64,000 nt of DNA, from contig NC_047067.1 in assembly GCF_902459465.1 (NCBI RefSeq), forward strand, positions 6,758,001 through 6,822,000. Reading direction: 5' to 3'. The DNA is from Asterias rubens (taxonomy: Eukaryota). A program made the position numbers and the translations under genes. Position 1 is the first letter of the stretch; every line of letters starts with the position of its first letter. Of the stretch, positions 11,090-22,483 are shown in pieces. The notes beneath the pieces are model-generated. The model was not told where the DNA came from. It did not search any database and saw only the letters and a list, made by a program, of their open reading frames with translations.

Positions 11090-11236
11090 ATGGGAGACTT
11101 TCTGGGACGATAGAGGGCAGCAGACTTACCGGGTAAATCCATTGTTCTCAGAATTATGCGCATGTTCAGAACTACGTAAACAATGGAAATTTACCCGGTA
11201 TGTCTGCTGCCACCTAGCGTTGGAAAGTCTCCTATT
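11090..11236. mobile_element. About 150-bp hairpin MITE
   Basis: AATGGGAGACTT ... AAGTCTCCTATT; near-identical inverted copy at about 57600-57742. Confidence 0.75.
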
Positions 11237-12035
11237 GAGATATTCCTTTTTGTAAAAATGAGTGAAAAGGGGGTGAAAGGATGCGGAAAGTTTGCCTTTC
11301 ATTCCTTATGAGCTGTTTCTTTTGGGGAAAAAAAACACGTGTGAAAAGTGGTGGCAGGATAGGGCCCCCCGGAACTGGCGATATTTTTTAAATGCAATAT
11401 CTGAAGTTTCTAAAAACAAAATGAAGTAATGTTCGTATCTCGCCAGTCGCAACCACTTTGTTATAAAATAAAATAGTTTCTAATTACATAATGAGATATT
11501 AATTTTTTTTTAAGAGTGGAAAATTTGTGGCAGGGATAAGGGCCTTATGAAAGATTACTGAACGGCGATATTTTTAAATGCCATTTATGAAAATAAAAAA
11601 ATATAAAAAATAACCTTATTGAGATATTCCTTTTGTAAAAATGAGTGAAAAGGTGGTGAAAGGCTGCGGAAAATTTGCCTTTCATTCCTTATGAGCTGTT
11701 TCTTTTGGGGAAAAAACACGTGTGAGAAGTGGTGGCAGGATAGGGCCCCCCGGAACTGGCGATATTTTTTAAATGCAATATCTGAAGTTTCTAAAAACAA
11801 AATGAAGTAATGTTCGTATCTCGCCAGTCGCAACCACTTTGTTATAAAATAAAATAGTTTCAAATTGCATAATGAGATATTAATTTTTTTTTAAGAGTGG
11901 AAAATTTGTGGCAGGGATAAGGGCCTTATGAAAGATTACTGAACGGCGATATTTTTAAATGCCATTTATGAAAATAAAAAAATATAAAAAAATAACCTTA
12001 TTGAGATATTCCTTTTGTAAAAAAAAAAAGAGTGA
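11233..12035. repeat. Tandem duplication, about 383-bp unit x2 plus start of a third
   Basis: TATTGAGATATTCCTTTT recurs at 11233, 11617 and 11999 with near-identical sequence between. Confidence 0.88.
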
Positions 12036-12141
12036 CAAAATTGTGGCGGATCTTTCCGAACAGTGGCGTTTTTAAATGTAACTTTTAAAGTTTTAACTCC
12101 TTTTTTTTATTACGATAACCGGTTCTGATTTTCTGCCACAG

Positions 12142-12308
12142 TTGAAGTATCTGCCCAGGAGGTAACAGGGTACAGATGGGTGGAGGTATCTGCTGCAGTG
12201 GGTGGATCCGTTGGGGGTATGGTGCTTTTGATGGGATCAGTATTCTTTTGCTATGACTTCGGCTTCCGTAACTACCAAAATGGAAAAGCTGGAGAGTGGT
12301 GCAGGTAA
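12142..12308 (+). CDS. 73-aa microprotein, coding exon 2
   Basis: ttttctgccacag acceptor. The phase-1 join gives VEVSAQEVTGYRWVEVSAAVGGSVGGMVLLMGSVFFCYDFGFRNYQNGKAGEWCR*. GC-richer than flanks; AATAAA at 12524. Confidence 0.72.
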
Positions 12309-14577
12309 TAATGGCTTCTTTCATTCCTTGTTGAATTGAAATGACAAATTCTGTAGATTATACATTCATCTCTCAGACTCTCATTAATATAAAGATCACT
12401 TGGAGTGGCAAATGATACATCTTATTATAGGGACGTGTCGATCGAGCATTAACAAGTCGGTACAAAACTTAGCTCTGCTCTGTGTGGAAAATTCAGCCAA
12501 CAATTGTGTTTTTTAGATTCACAAATAAAAAGGAGAAGTGTGTTAACATTTATTGCAGGGTTGTCAAAACCTGGGCTAGATGTCCCAAAATGCGCTATGA
12601 GGAATGTTTATTCATATTGCGCCATATAAATATTGTTATGTTGGAGCTGAAATTGATTTTTGAAATTGGTATTTGTCAACGACCAATTTCCACACGTTAT
12701 GTGGATGAGCTTTCCCGGTAAAAATGAATATGTACCTGACATCCTTTTTTAATCGAGCCACAAGTTTTAACGGACAGAATATTTTTTTCAAACAGAATCA
12801 CACCAAAAAACAAAATCACACCAAAATAGTCCAAAATCACATCTCACATTTTTCGATGAGCTTTCCCTGTAAAAATGCTTCCGAAGCCAAATAATAAATC
12901 TGTATTCTTCTTTCACCCGTAGACTTGACGAAGAGGTAGCTGCAGGGAACTCGACCAAACTGTAAGCCACTCCTTTATATCCGGGTTCTAGTCGATGTCT
13001 ACCCGTCGACTGGTGCTAGAATTGTGTTCAAACGCTCAACTCTAAGTCACAATGTTTTTAATATGATCTACATGTATTTTATTATATAGAACAAGTATTT
13101 TTATCAAACGAACTCAATTATCCGAAATTCAGAATTAAAGTCACGAATTTGCAAGCGTTGTGAAACAACTATTACATCTAAATGAAATGGGTACATTTAT
13201 AAATGGGTGTTCACTGTTGTTAACTCATATTTTAATGACTTATCATTCTTGTGTAGGCCTACATTGAAAGTGATTGTTGACCTTAATGACATCACGATCG
13301 CTTTTGAAAAATGTGTTTTCGTTTCCAGAAATGTTTCCTATCAACAAAGTAATATCCCAACTACTTCTACCAATATTCAAGTAAGGAGTATTACTAAAAC
13401 TGTAACAGTCATCCAAATCACTTTGCCCATAACCAGTAGAAAAATAGTGACCAATTCGCCTTTTCCATAACGATGAGATTATTTGATTTTCAACTAATGA
13501 AATATTGATATCAACGATTGTAAATGTACGTTTAAAATGAGTGGTGAACATTATATAGGAGTTTTTAAAAGGGTAAATACGTTGTATTTTTATAAATTCA
13601 GGTAAATTTTCTTTTTAAATGGTGTCATTATATCTGTGTGTTTGTATAGTATTGCTGTAAGCTGATCCAAGTTTCAAAGTGTTTCAATGGCTCCAGTATT
13701 ATTATCTCATACTTAATGTTTTACGATTACTATTGGTTTGTCCGTTTACTGTTAATTAATCAAATTTATATGTTAACTTCATAATGTTTTTAAATGTGAA
13801 CAAATAAACTGTCTCTGTTTTTACAATAGTACATTGTGATTGTTTGAAATGCGTTTCATTGTGTCACTCTATTAACTAGACCCCATAACCATTGCTTGGT
13901 TGCATCGGTGTTTTGCTATAAAAAAAGTACATTTCATTTTAGACCATGCATGTCTAAATAAAGTTTAGAAAGGCTCCAATTTGTGATCTACTAATTTTCC
14001 AAAAGATGTGACCTTATGAAAAGGGGGAAAACGAGTTGCAAGTCTCAAACCGTCCTGTAAGCCATATGGGTAAATTGTCACCGTGCACATTTATCAGCCA
14101 AGCGCGATTTGTCAAAAACCACGAATAAGCGACGACGTCACGTGGTCTGCATATTAGTTTGTGTACAAAGATAATTTTCAGTTCACTCCTGAAAGTTGAT
14201 CAAACTGAATCGAACCTGCATTGAACCAAGTTGACTTTTGTAATTCACAAACATTCTCCTTTGAAATGTATTTGTGTTGATGTCTGATTGCGCATGCAAT
14301 GTTTCAAATAAAATGCCATTTTGCACGGTGAGTTTAGAATAAAAATTATGACTGTCTATTACGTTGACAATTATACACTACATACAACTTAAAAACGAAA
14401 AAAACAAGTACATGTATAACGATCCCTATCCTACAATATTGCCCATTCAATGATTCTTCAGAAAAAGGTTTGCGAATAGAAAATTAGCAGTGTGTCGCGG
14501 ATATTTGTCATAATTATTTTCTATGGCGCACATGCTCTTCCAACTGCAACATAGTCCCATGTACAGTATCTGCTCAC

Positions 14578-14710
14578 TCATTTCTTTGGTGTAGGATTGG
14601 ACGATGGACTACTAGCCAGAACCAACTGATCCTCCCATGCCCAGCCGGGTACACACATCCCTCCAAGGAAGGTCTGAGCAACTTCTCTCAAATCCAACAT
14701 ATCGTCGAAA
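14578..14710 (-). CDS. DKK3: Dickkopf-3-like, coding exon 5 (last)
   Basis: tttatag acceptor, phase 2; (D)FDDMLDLREVAQTFLGGMCVPG...KK*. Supplies the 10th Cys of CRD2. Confidence 0.75.
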
Positions 14711-15224
14711 CTATAAAAGTCCAAATTTCACAATACATTAATGTACCAATCACATGTACACCAGTGGTGCCTTTCGACTTCAGCTGCAAGATGTATAGAC
14801 CTATTACGCTGTCACTATTTTGGTCATGTTCCCTGTTTCCAATAACAATTATGAATGCTAACATTGCGCACGGCGCCAGACTAGTGTTTTGTCCAGCCTC
14901 AGTTTTGGTAACAATGAGTTGGAATTGAGTAAAATCAAGATGACCACACCGTGATAAAGGTTTATAGCTTTTGCTGTTTGATTGAATTTGTCATATTCTT
15001 CGTTTGGTATTCTTCGTTTTTAAAAAGGCATGGGTTGCCATGTTCTCCCCGGAAAGGGCACCCTATGAGGAAATTGTAAATTTCTACTGACCACCAACTT
15101 GAGGCAATGACCATGCACGAGCATGGAGGCAATCCTGCTTTAGAAATGTCACTTCGTTTTAAAAAAATGTTTGCTTTGATGACATCATTTGAAAAATATA
15201 ATATAAATTGTGATTTTTACTTAC

Positions 15225-15435
15225 TCTCGCATGTAATTTGCACACTTCAGTCCCGCAGTACATGAACATTCATGAGGAAACTCGGCGGGGTGACTTTGAC
15301 TTTTTGGTCTGTGACGTAGTAATTTCTCGAGCACAGAAAGTGATGACGATACTGCATTTTCGTCAGCAGCTTTCGTCTCCGTGCTGCAGCGTTGGCCTTC
15401 GTTTGCAAGAGGGCGACAGACGGGTTTCTCAAACC
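15225..15435 (-). CDS. DKK3: Dickkopf-3-like, coding exon 4
   Basis: tag acceptor and gtaagt donor; FEKPVCRPLANEGQRC...ECSCTAGLKC, the colipase-fold CRD2 pattern. Phases 1 and 2 match neighbouring exons. Confidence 0.88.
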
Positions 15436-15811
15436 CTACGCAAAATTGCAGTTAAAGACATACAAATTAATAGCATATTTGCCAGAGAGTCAAGAAGGCA
15501 CCCCAAAGTCTGGCATATTTTTTTTACTCCTTATGAAAGTTGTCTAGTCTCCCCATTGGCCAGTATTCACACCGTTTTTGGTGTGAACCGGCATATTACA
15601 CATGACATAACAAACATTTGAAAGTTTAATCTTAATCGTTCATTGGAGTCACAAGACAAAAAGTGTGAATGAAAAGCTTTTATTTCACTGTTGTCAAGCA
15701 TTGTTTTTCTCATGTCCCCAAAACTATTTGGCATAAACAAGTATTTTAAAGGTAGTTTCCCACTATGACCATCTTGTTAGTTGTTATGCACACACTTTAA
15801 GATCACGTTAA

Positions 15812-16288
15812 ACAGCTACCTGAGCGGAATGTTTTCAACAGAAATGGTATTTTTACTTGTTTATAATGCACTTGTTCACCATTTTAATGTAATTTTGATA
15901 TGTGTACAAATCTGAACTTTTCGTAATTATCGACTAAAAAATCAGGCCCCTACCTAAAGGTTTTTTGAAAAACTAAAAACACTTCTGCCGTTGAGAGCGG
16001 GTGACAAAGGACAATGCCGCTGACGTCATTTGTGGGAGTTTGCTTTGTTATACATCCACGCTGCAACAAAGCGGCTTTATCTACTTATGGCGTTTTGAGA
16101 GTGATTACGTAACGGGGCTTTTCGCAAATCTCGCAGAAAAGCTCTGGACAAGGGCATACAAAATGATTGTTTTTTTACACAATTGAAACCTATTTATAAT
16201 CATATGACTCGATTTCCTTATTCATCGAAAACATTTTAAGTGGAATTCAGCAAAGTTCACGACTTGACGTTTTCGTTCAAGCAGGTCT
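15812..16288. mobile_element. TTAA-target MITE family C (477 bp) in Dkk3 intron 3
   Basis: TTAA flanks; imperfect TIRs ACAGCTACCTGAGCG / AGACCTGCTTGAACG; inverted near-identical copy at 35376-35786. Confidence 0.75.
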
Positions 16289-16458
16289 TTAAGTGTAGCC
16301 GAAATAATTCAAAAGGGAGTTGTCTTTTGTGTGCAAATAAGTGAACACTAATTTGTACTCTAATGGTATGCACACCGTACAAAGTCAATGTTTTTAGATA
16401 AAGTGTAGCCGCAATAATCAGTATTGGTTCGATCTATTAAGGACTAAAATTACCATAC

Positions 16459-16708
16459 CTTCCACTGAGGCACAACAACCTTCTTCTCCGCAGTCACCGG
16501 CTTTGCTGCATACTGTTCCTAGTTGACCCTTAGTTGCATCCTTCAGACATCGTCCCCACCGACACAGTGTTTGTCCGCAGCAGTGTTTGTCTATCTGGCA
16601 TTTACCACCGTCCTCTGAGCAAGCCTGGCAGTAGCTCAGAGCAAATCCAAGAATGACGTCATGATGACAGAATTGATGCTCCGTGCAATTACTGTCTGTC
16701 TTACACAT
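16459..16708 (-). CDS. DKK3: Dickkopf-3-like, coding exon 3 (CRD1 and start of CRD2)
   Basis: CKTDSNC...FC...YCQAC...KC..DKHCC...LCRWGRC (10-Cys Dickkopf_N pattern), then GTVCSKAGDCGEEGCC; aacag acceptor and G|gtatgg donor. Confidence 0.92.
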
Positions 16709-17175
16709 CTGTTCATTGAGGGAAACAAAACTCTAGCTCTATGATGGATCCTTTAACCCCCCCCCAAAAAAAAAAAAAAAAAATATATATAAAAAATATG
16801 GCTCTCTCTTTTTTACACCACGCAAACCCAAGAGAAGCCAGAGTCAGTTTTGTAATAATTGACAACATAATTTGTCTGCACTCACTGCACCCCAGTTGTC
16901 CCAAAACGAACGATTTCATGTGTCAATTCAGACCCTGGTCTTTCATTACACATGTACATCTTGTCGACTCTCATTTATAGCAAGATCGTTACAGTCATTT
17001 CAGCATGTACTCTTTGAGCAAAACTTTTGTGGATGATCTTCATTAACGAGGATCGACTGTATAAATTATAAGTCAACTGGTTTGTGGTTTAAAATTAAAT
17101 GTAAAATGTAAACTTTAAAAACATTTCTCATTTTAAGCTGAAGAAGTTGTTGGTTAGTATTTGAAGTTGACTTAC

Positions 17176-17408
17176 TGTCTTATCGGGCATTGGTTTCACC
17201 TCGGACTCAAATTCCACCATTATCTCATCCCCACCGAGTTTGGTGATGGTGGTTTTTATCACGACGGTCACATCTCCTACTCGTCTTGTTATGGTTGTTG
17301 TATTATACAGATCGCTGTCTGGTATGTCGCCAGCAATATCAGATTTACTCAGAATGACGATCTCAGCTCTCTTGTTAGAACCCGATTGAGTCAGCTCGGC
17401 AATCTTAT
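17176..17408 (-). CDS. DKK3: Dickkopf-3-like, coding exon 2 (N-terminal region)
   Basis: Open 233-nt exon with ttag acceptor and gtaagt donor. LYNTTTITRRVGDVTVVIKTTITK resembles the Dkk3/soggy N-terminal motif (from memory), favouring Dkk3 over Dkk1/2/4. Confidence 0.82.
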
Positions 17409-17545
17409 CTAAGGAGGAAATAATTTAATAATTGTATGAAACAATATAAAAAAACCAATACCCCCAGCAACAAAGAAAGAAAAGAGAAATACAAACGAAC
17501 TACAGTTACAATTGAAAATTCCCAGCAAAAAGGTGCACCCACCGG

Positions 17546-17955
17546 TGTCAGATGCAATTGTGTCGCCATGCCGTACTGTCCGCTCCGCACATGTATGTGC
17601 GCGTGCATGCACTGAACCTGATGCAGCATGAATTGAATATTCACGTAGAATGATTGCAGCGAATACCCAACGGCCGAACATTTCCCATGTCATTCACGAC
17701 ATGCACTTCTTAGCTGTACACAAAACAAGATGGCGAACGTGTTCCGTCGACCAAGGGCGTTTAATTTACTGCAAGGACGGTTTTGCACGGGGCGAACACA
17801 ACTGCATATGCAAATGTGTCCAGGCGGACACAATTGCAATGCAGCAGCGTCCGGGCGGACACGATTGCATATGCAAAACCGTCCGGCGGACATTATTGCA
17901 TATGCAATAATGTCAGCCTGATAGTATTGCATAGAGGACATAATTGCATGCGACA
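17546..17955 (+). mobile_element. Intact Ginger1-like MITE (410 bp) in Dkk3 intron 1
   Basis: ccgg|TGTCAGATGCAATTGTGTC ... GACATAATTGCATGCGACA|ccgg. CCGG TSD and TGTNR termini; multiple GGACACnnTTGCATATGCAA subterminal motifs. Confidence 0.8.
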
Positions 17956-18180
17956 CCGGTCTGTGCTATAAATAATAAATTGTAACCCTATTATAGTTTC
18001 GGCACTGAGGGAGTCCAATACAAGAAAGAAGTGTCTGGGAGAATACAAAAAGCAAGATCTTTCAACAATGACCGACCAAACAGCCATTTATTGTTTTAAG
18101 AAAAAACAACAGGTAGGATTTTAAACTTTGCACGCTGAGAGAGTAAAGCGGTGAGGAATTGCGGTAACACAGGCTTTTAA

Positions 18181-18548
18181 AAGAGTGGACACTATTGGTC
18201 ATTGTCAAAGACTAGCCTTCACAGCTGGTGTATCTCAACATATGCATAAAATAACAAACCTGTGAAAATTTGAGCTCAAACGGTCATCAAAGTTGCCAGA
18301 TAATAATGAAAAAGAGAAAACACGAAGTTGTGTTCGTTCAGATGGTTGATTTCGAGACCTCAAGTTCTAAATCTGAGGTCTCGAAATCAAATTCGTGGAT
18401 AATGACTTCTTTCTCGAAAGCTACTTCACTTCAGAGGGAGCCGTTTCTCACCATGTTTTATACTACCAACCTCTCCCCATTACTCGTTACCAAGTAAGGT
18501 TTTATGCTAATAAATATTTTGAGTAATTACCAATAGTGTCCACTGCCT
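18181..18548. mobile_element. MITE family A copy
   Basis: TTAA flanks; ends AATAGTGTCCACTGCCT|ttaa; central hairpin. Confidence 0.85.
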
Positions 18549-18753
18549 TTAAGTAAATCTTCGTTGAACACTGGTTCTGAGAAAAACCGGTGGTTTGCCA
18601 CAACTTGACGTCTCGATCAGTATGCTCTGAAAAAAATAAACTATCTATAAGACATACCTTTGACTGTCTTGCTTCCCAATATCTTATCAACAAGTTGCGT
18701 AAGTTGATCAATTCCCTGCTCTATCGTAGTGTGATTGGTTCTAGAAACACTAC

Positions 18754-18805
18754 CTAGAGCCGCTGCCAGCATCACCAGCAACCACAATGTGACAAAGATC
18801 TTCAT
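18754..18805 (-). CDS. DKK3: Dickkopf-3-like, coding exon 1 (signal peptide)
   Basis: MKIFVTLWLLVMLAAAL then G|gtagtg phase-1 donor. The joined CDS is 879 nt (292 aa plus stop). Confidence 0.78.
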
Positions 18806-19374
18806 TTCAAATTAGCAAATCCTTCTTTCGGAGTTTTTTTCAGATCAACATCCAAAATTCAATATTTCGCGGCGGGCAGAAGATCGTGATCAAAATTCAG
18901 TGGCAATTATGATACTGTTTCCAGTATTATGCACTTATTGTAATAATGAACATGTTGAGAACTGGATTGATTTCAAACGTAAATCGCCAGCCTGTGAATT
19001 TGCAACAGATGGCACAGTGATTTATTTGCATAATGCATAATATTGAGGTATTGTTCCATGTGTTGATGAAGCACAACTATTTGCATATTTATCACCTGTT
19101 GAAATAACAATAATTGATCTGTGAGATATTCAACAGGTGTACTTCAGTCTGTACACGTAGGCTACATAGATTTACTCATTAGTAATGTGTTTGTATACGC
19201 AAGCTGTAGTAGGCCTACTCTAATGCATGACCCTCTCTGGCTCTACCATTCTAGGATATTATGGAATTTGAGCCCCCACCCTCAGATGCACTTTGGACAA
19301 AATTGATTGATGAGTGAATATGAGCCACCATCACTGGCTCTTTTAATAAATAATACTCGATAAAGGATCATAAT

Positions 19375-19760
19375 TAAGCGCCTTATACAAAGCCTCAAAG
19401 CGCTTTACACAAATATAAAAATCAGCTACACGATATAAAAACAAAGGGAAAACACTCATAAAATCTTTCATCTTTTTATGAAACTTTGTGAAATTCAGCA
19501 TTTAGCCTACAATGGACTGCCTGACACAAATTGCTAACAATTATCCTTTTTATTATGGAAACCATTCCATGACCGTACAAGATGCTTGGAGGTCAGTCAT
19601 TAACGAAATTCGGCGATGAGGGCGTGACTCTCTCAAAACGAGGCAGACAACCATAATTCGTACGATGTCTGAATAAGAGTGTCCTGCAAAAGGTACGGAT
19701 CAAGTGAGTTTAAGAAGTGTCGACCACCTCGTACCTTGTAAAAAGTAGCAAGTGTCCAGG
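19375..19760 (-). mobile_element. Possible degenerate L2/CR1-type 3' end
   Basis: Minus strand shows a WN-x-x-P-like remnant followed by GTAAAGCGCTTTGAG...TAAGGCGCTT, resembling an L2 tail. Heavily decayed. Confidence 0.3.
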
Positions 19761-20121
19761 GTACGATATGATCAAGGTTCGAACAGGTCTGACACTTTTC
19801 TTTCCGTTGTGCACAAGTCAAAATGTTTAAAATGGACAGCTACTTGTTTAAATCTGCGATGTGAAGATGGCCTTTTCGAGGATCCGTACTATTGCCCATC
19901 GTCAACCTCGTCCTCACCAACACGAGGAGCAAAGTATATTTTAGTCGTCCCCACTAGTTTTATCGCACTCTGTGAGTTCATGCAGCCCGTGAGGGCAGTA
20001 TTTCCAGTGACCTAACCTTACGGTCTAATGACAACAACAATCAACATCCTGAAAAGTGTGATTGACGAAATCGTAAGTAACAACTTTGTTCTATTCTACT
20101 CTATATAAAGTGTATTTACTC

Positions 20122-20253
20122 GGAAAAGTTTCCGTATGGCGCCACCACTTTTTCATTCGATATGAAATAATATAGTACATAGTTTACCTCAATGAGATAT
20201 CCCTTTTTCTAAAAATGAGTGAAAAAGTGGTGGCGCCATACGGAAAGTTATCC
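20122..20253. mobile_element. About 130-bp hairpin MITE
   Basis: About 30-bp TIR GGAAAAGTTTCCGTATGGCGCCACCACTTTT; diverged copy at about 49894-49994; related to the start of the 11233 tandem unit. Confidence 0.7.
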
Positions 20254-20462
20254 ATTTCCTCATAAACTGCATTATTAACTGTAAAACACGGAAGGCCCAC
20301 ATGTTGTTTATCATTAAACAAAAAATAATCATTCATAATCATAGTTACCAGAATGACCAGAGTAGGCCTAAATGTTTGTTTTTTTTACTTTTACTTTTAG
20401 TTATTAGGTATTTTAATTTTGTTGTGACATGTCGTGACGACGCGCACCATTTGGGAAAGTCC

Positions 20463-21119
20463 TACTTCTAGAAACTATTAAGGCTCCCCTGTGAGCCTTA
20501 TAGGGGTCACATATTAAGGGCTTTTTTAACGCTATACGTTTTTCAAATCAGCGTTGATGGGTGAAAGTTTTGCGACCGTTAGCCAGCCAGAACAGAAGTT
20601 TCCTGTGTACTGTATCTACACCTAAAATAGAAAGCATTCCCCATCCTACTCAATATACATTCATAATGCTTGTATTTCCCTTTTGTTGAGTTACATTCAA
20701 TAATTTCTTCAAAGAAGGCAATTTTCTACTCGGTACTCACTTTTTTTCCCTGCCGCATCGCACGTCTTTTGACTTCTCATTATGCAGCCTACTACATGTA
20801 GATCGACAGCGCAGAGCATTATTGAGAAGTCAAAAGACGTGCGATGCGGCAGGAAAAAAAAGTGAGTACCTAGTAGAAAATTGCCTTTTTTGAAGAAATT
20901 ATTGAACGTAACTCAACAAAAAGGAAATACAAGCATTATGAAATGTATATTGAGTAGGATGGGGAATGCTTTAGGTGTACAGTACACAGGAAACTTTAGT
21001 TCTGGCTGGCTAACGGTCGCAAAACTTTCACCCATCAACGTTGATTTGAAAAACGTATAGCGTTAAAAAAGCCCTAAATATGTGACCCCTATAAGGCTCA
21101 CATATAGTTTCTAGAAGTA
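20463..21119. mobile_element. Mutator/foldback-like element with about 300-bp TIRs
   Basis: Near-perfect inverted arms (about 20463-20782 and 20823-21119); exact 9-bp TSD GGAAAGTCC at 20454-20462 and 21120-21128. Confidence 0.88.
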
Positions 21120-21272
21120 GGAAAGTCCGTGCAATAAGCCATGGCATTAGCATTGCTCACTTGTTAGCGTTGTATTGTAGATTATAAAACCACATAGTAA
21201 CAGAACCTTAGCATTACGTCCAAACTTATGGATCCTGCTGAGTAAACCAACGTAACGTAGACTGACAACTAA

Positions 21273-21813
21273 AAGCCGGTTCATACTCGCTGCGTATTCA
21301 CTGCGTATGCAGTGCGGGGACCCGTTTTTTAAAGTCCGCAGTGCGTAAAAGGAAGCGCAGTGCGTAATCATTTCTCGCAAATGCGTATGAATTTTTCAAG
21401 TTGAAAAATTAGGTCGTACACACTAGTCGGATGCGTAGTCGGACGAATTGAAATATTTTAACATTTTGTCGGATGCGTAGATGCAATTTCAGTGAATAAT
21501 AGCAAGAACCTGATACGAAAAGATAAAAACTGTGCTTCTTTTTCAAAATCTGTGTAACACAAGCTTGAAAGAATACTGAGATGTAAAAAGGACAGCGATT
21601 TTATGGAAAGAAAGTTGGAAAATTTGCGATAAAGATAAGAACGGAAGACATTTTATTTAATGACAAATCCTTGAACCGGACGAATGTATGATCACAAATT
21701 GACGCATTCGTTTATGTGCGCGAACGCAAACTGAATGCGTATTTAGTTTTTGTTTTGATGAAGTATGAGCGTTAAATCCAATTTCGAATTGTCGGGTGAG
21801 TATGAACCGGCCT
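21273..21813. mobile_element. PIF/Harbinger-like MITE with TAA TSD
   Basis: taa|AAGCCGGTTCATACTC ... GAGTATGAACCGGCCT|taa. Confidence 0.7.
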
Positions 21814-22483
21814 TAACACTACACTGTCAGTGTCATGATCATGACTGTACTATAAAGAAAATAGACAATCTGTACGTACTACAGTCTGTAGTCTATGACA
21901 CACTCACAGTCACACTCACAGGACACCACCAGTCTTAACGGGTTGTGGGTTCGAATCCTGTCAAACTAACTGCTGATTTTACAGTCAATGACATGAATGA
22001 CTAAAGAAGTGTTTATATAATCATTCAATTATTCTTGTCTACTGTACTAACAATGACACAACTAAATGTGCAATTCATTCATAGGCGTTGTTTAATTAAC
22101 CAATATTTGTTAGAGAGAGTTTGGCTGTACCTCTCCCCATTACTCATTACCAAGTAAGTTTTTGTGTTAATAATTATTTTGAGTAGGCCTAATTACGAAA
22201 AGAGTGTCCACTGCCTTTAATGAAATGGATAAAAACAAACTCTGGTAATAATAGCGGTCAGGATGAATATTAAGACCACTTTTTGCAACTAATAATGATG
22301 TCAATATTGATTTGTTTGATCTCTTTTCAGAGATTTTCGATCCAAGACTTGAAGCCTAGAAGTTTCAGAAAGTAGAAGTACAACGTGTACCATACATCAA
22401 TCAAGACTTTCAAGACATAGAGTTGAGCTGACCATTCAAAAGCAGTAATTGAAAGTGCCACGAAGAGACACTAACAAATAAAA

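Noticed and set aside
12900-14500. Second microprotein paralogue after the donor-like AAACT|gtaagc at about 12960
   Set aside because: No downstream signal-peptide exon or compatible ORF found.
17409-18087. Cluster of overlapping Cys-rich ORFs on both strands (also 5151-5348, 8225-8515)
   Set aside because: Produced by TGCA-rich repeats of the Ginger-like MITE; no splice or domain support.
18270-18497. Recurrent short ORFs with DFETSSSKSEVSKSNSW (also 25112, 40466, 55120, 60253, 61841, 62146)
   Set aside because: Translations of MITE family A with inconsistent frames and stops between copies; not a gene family.
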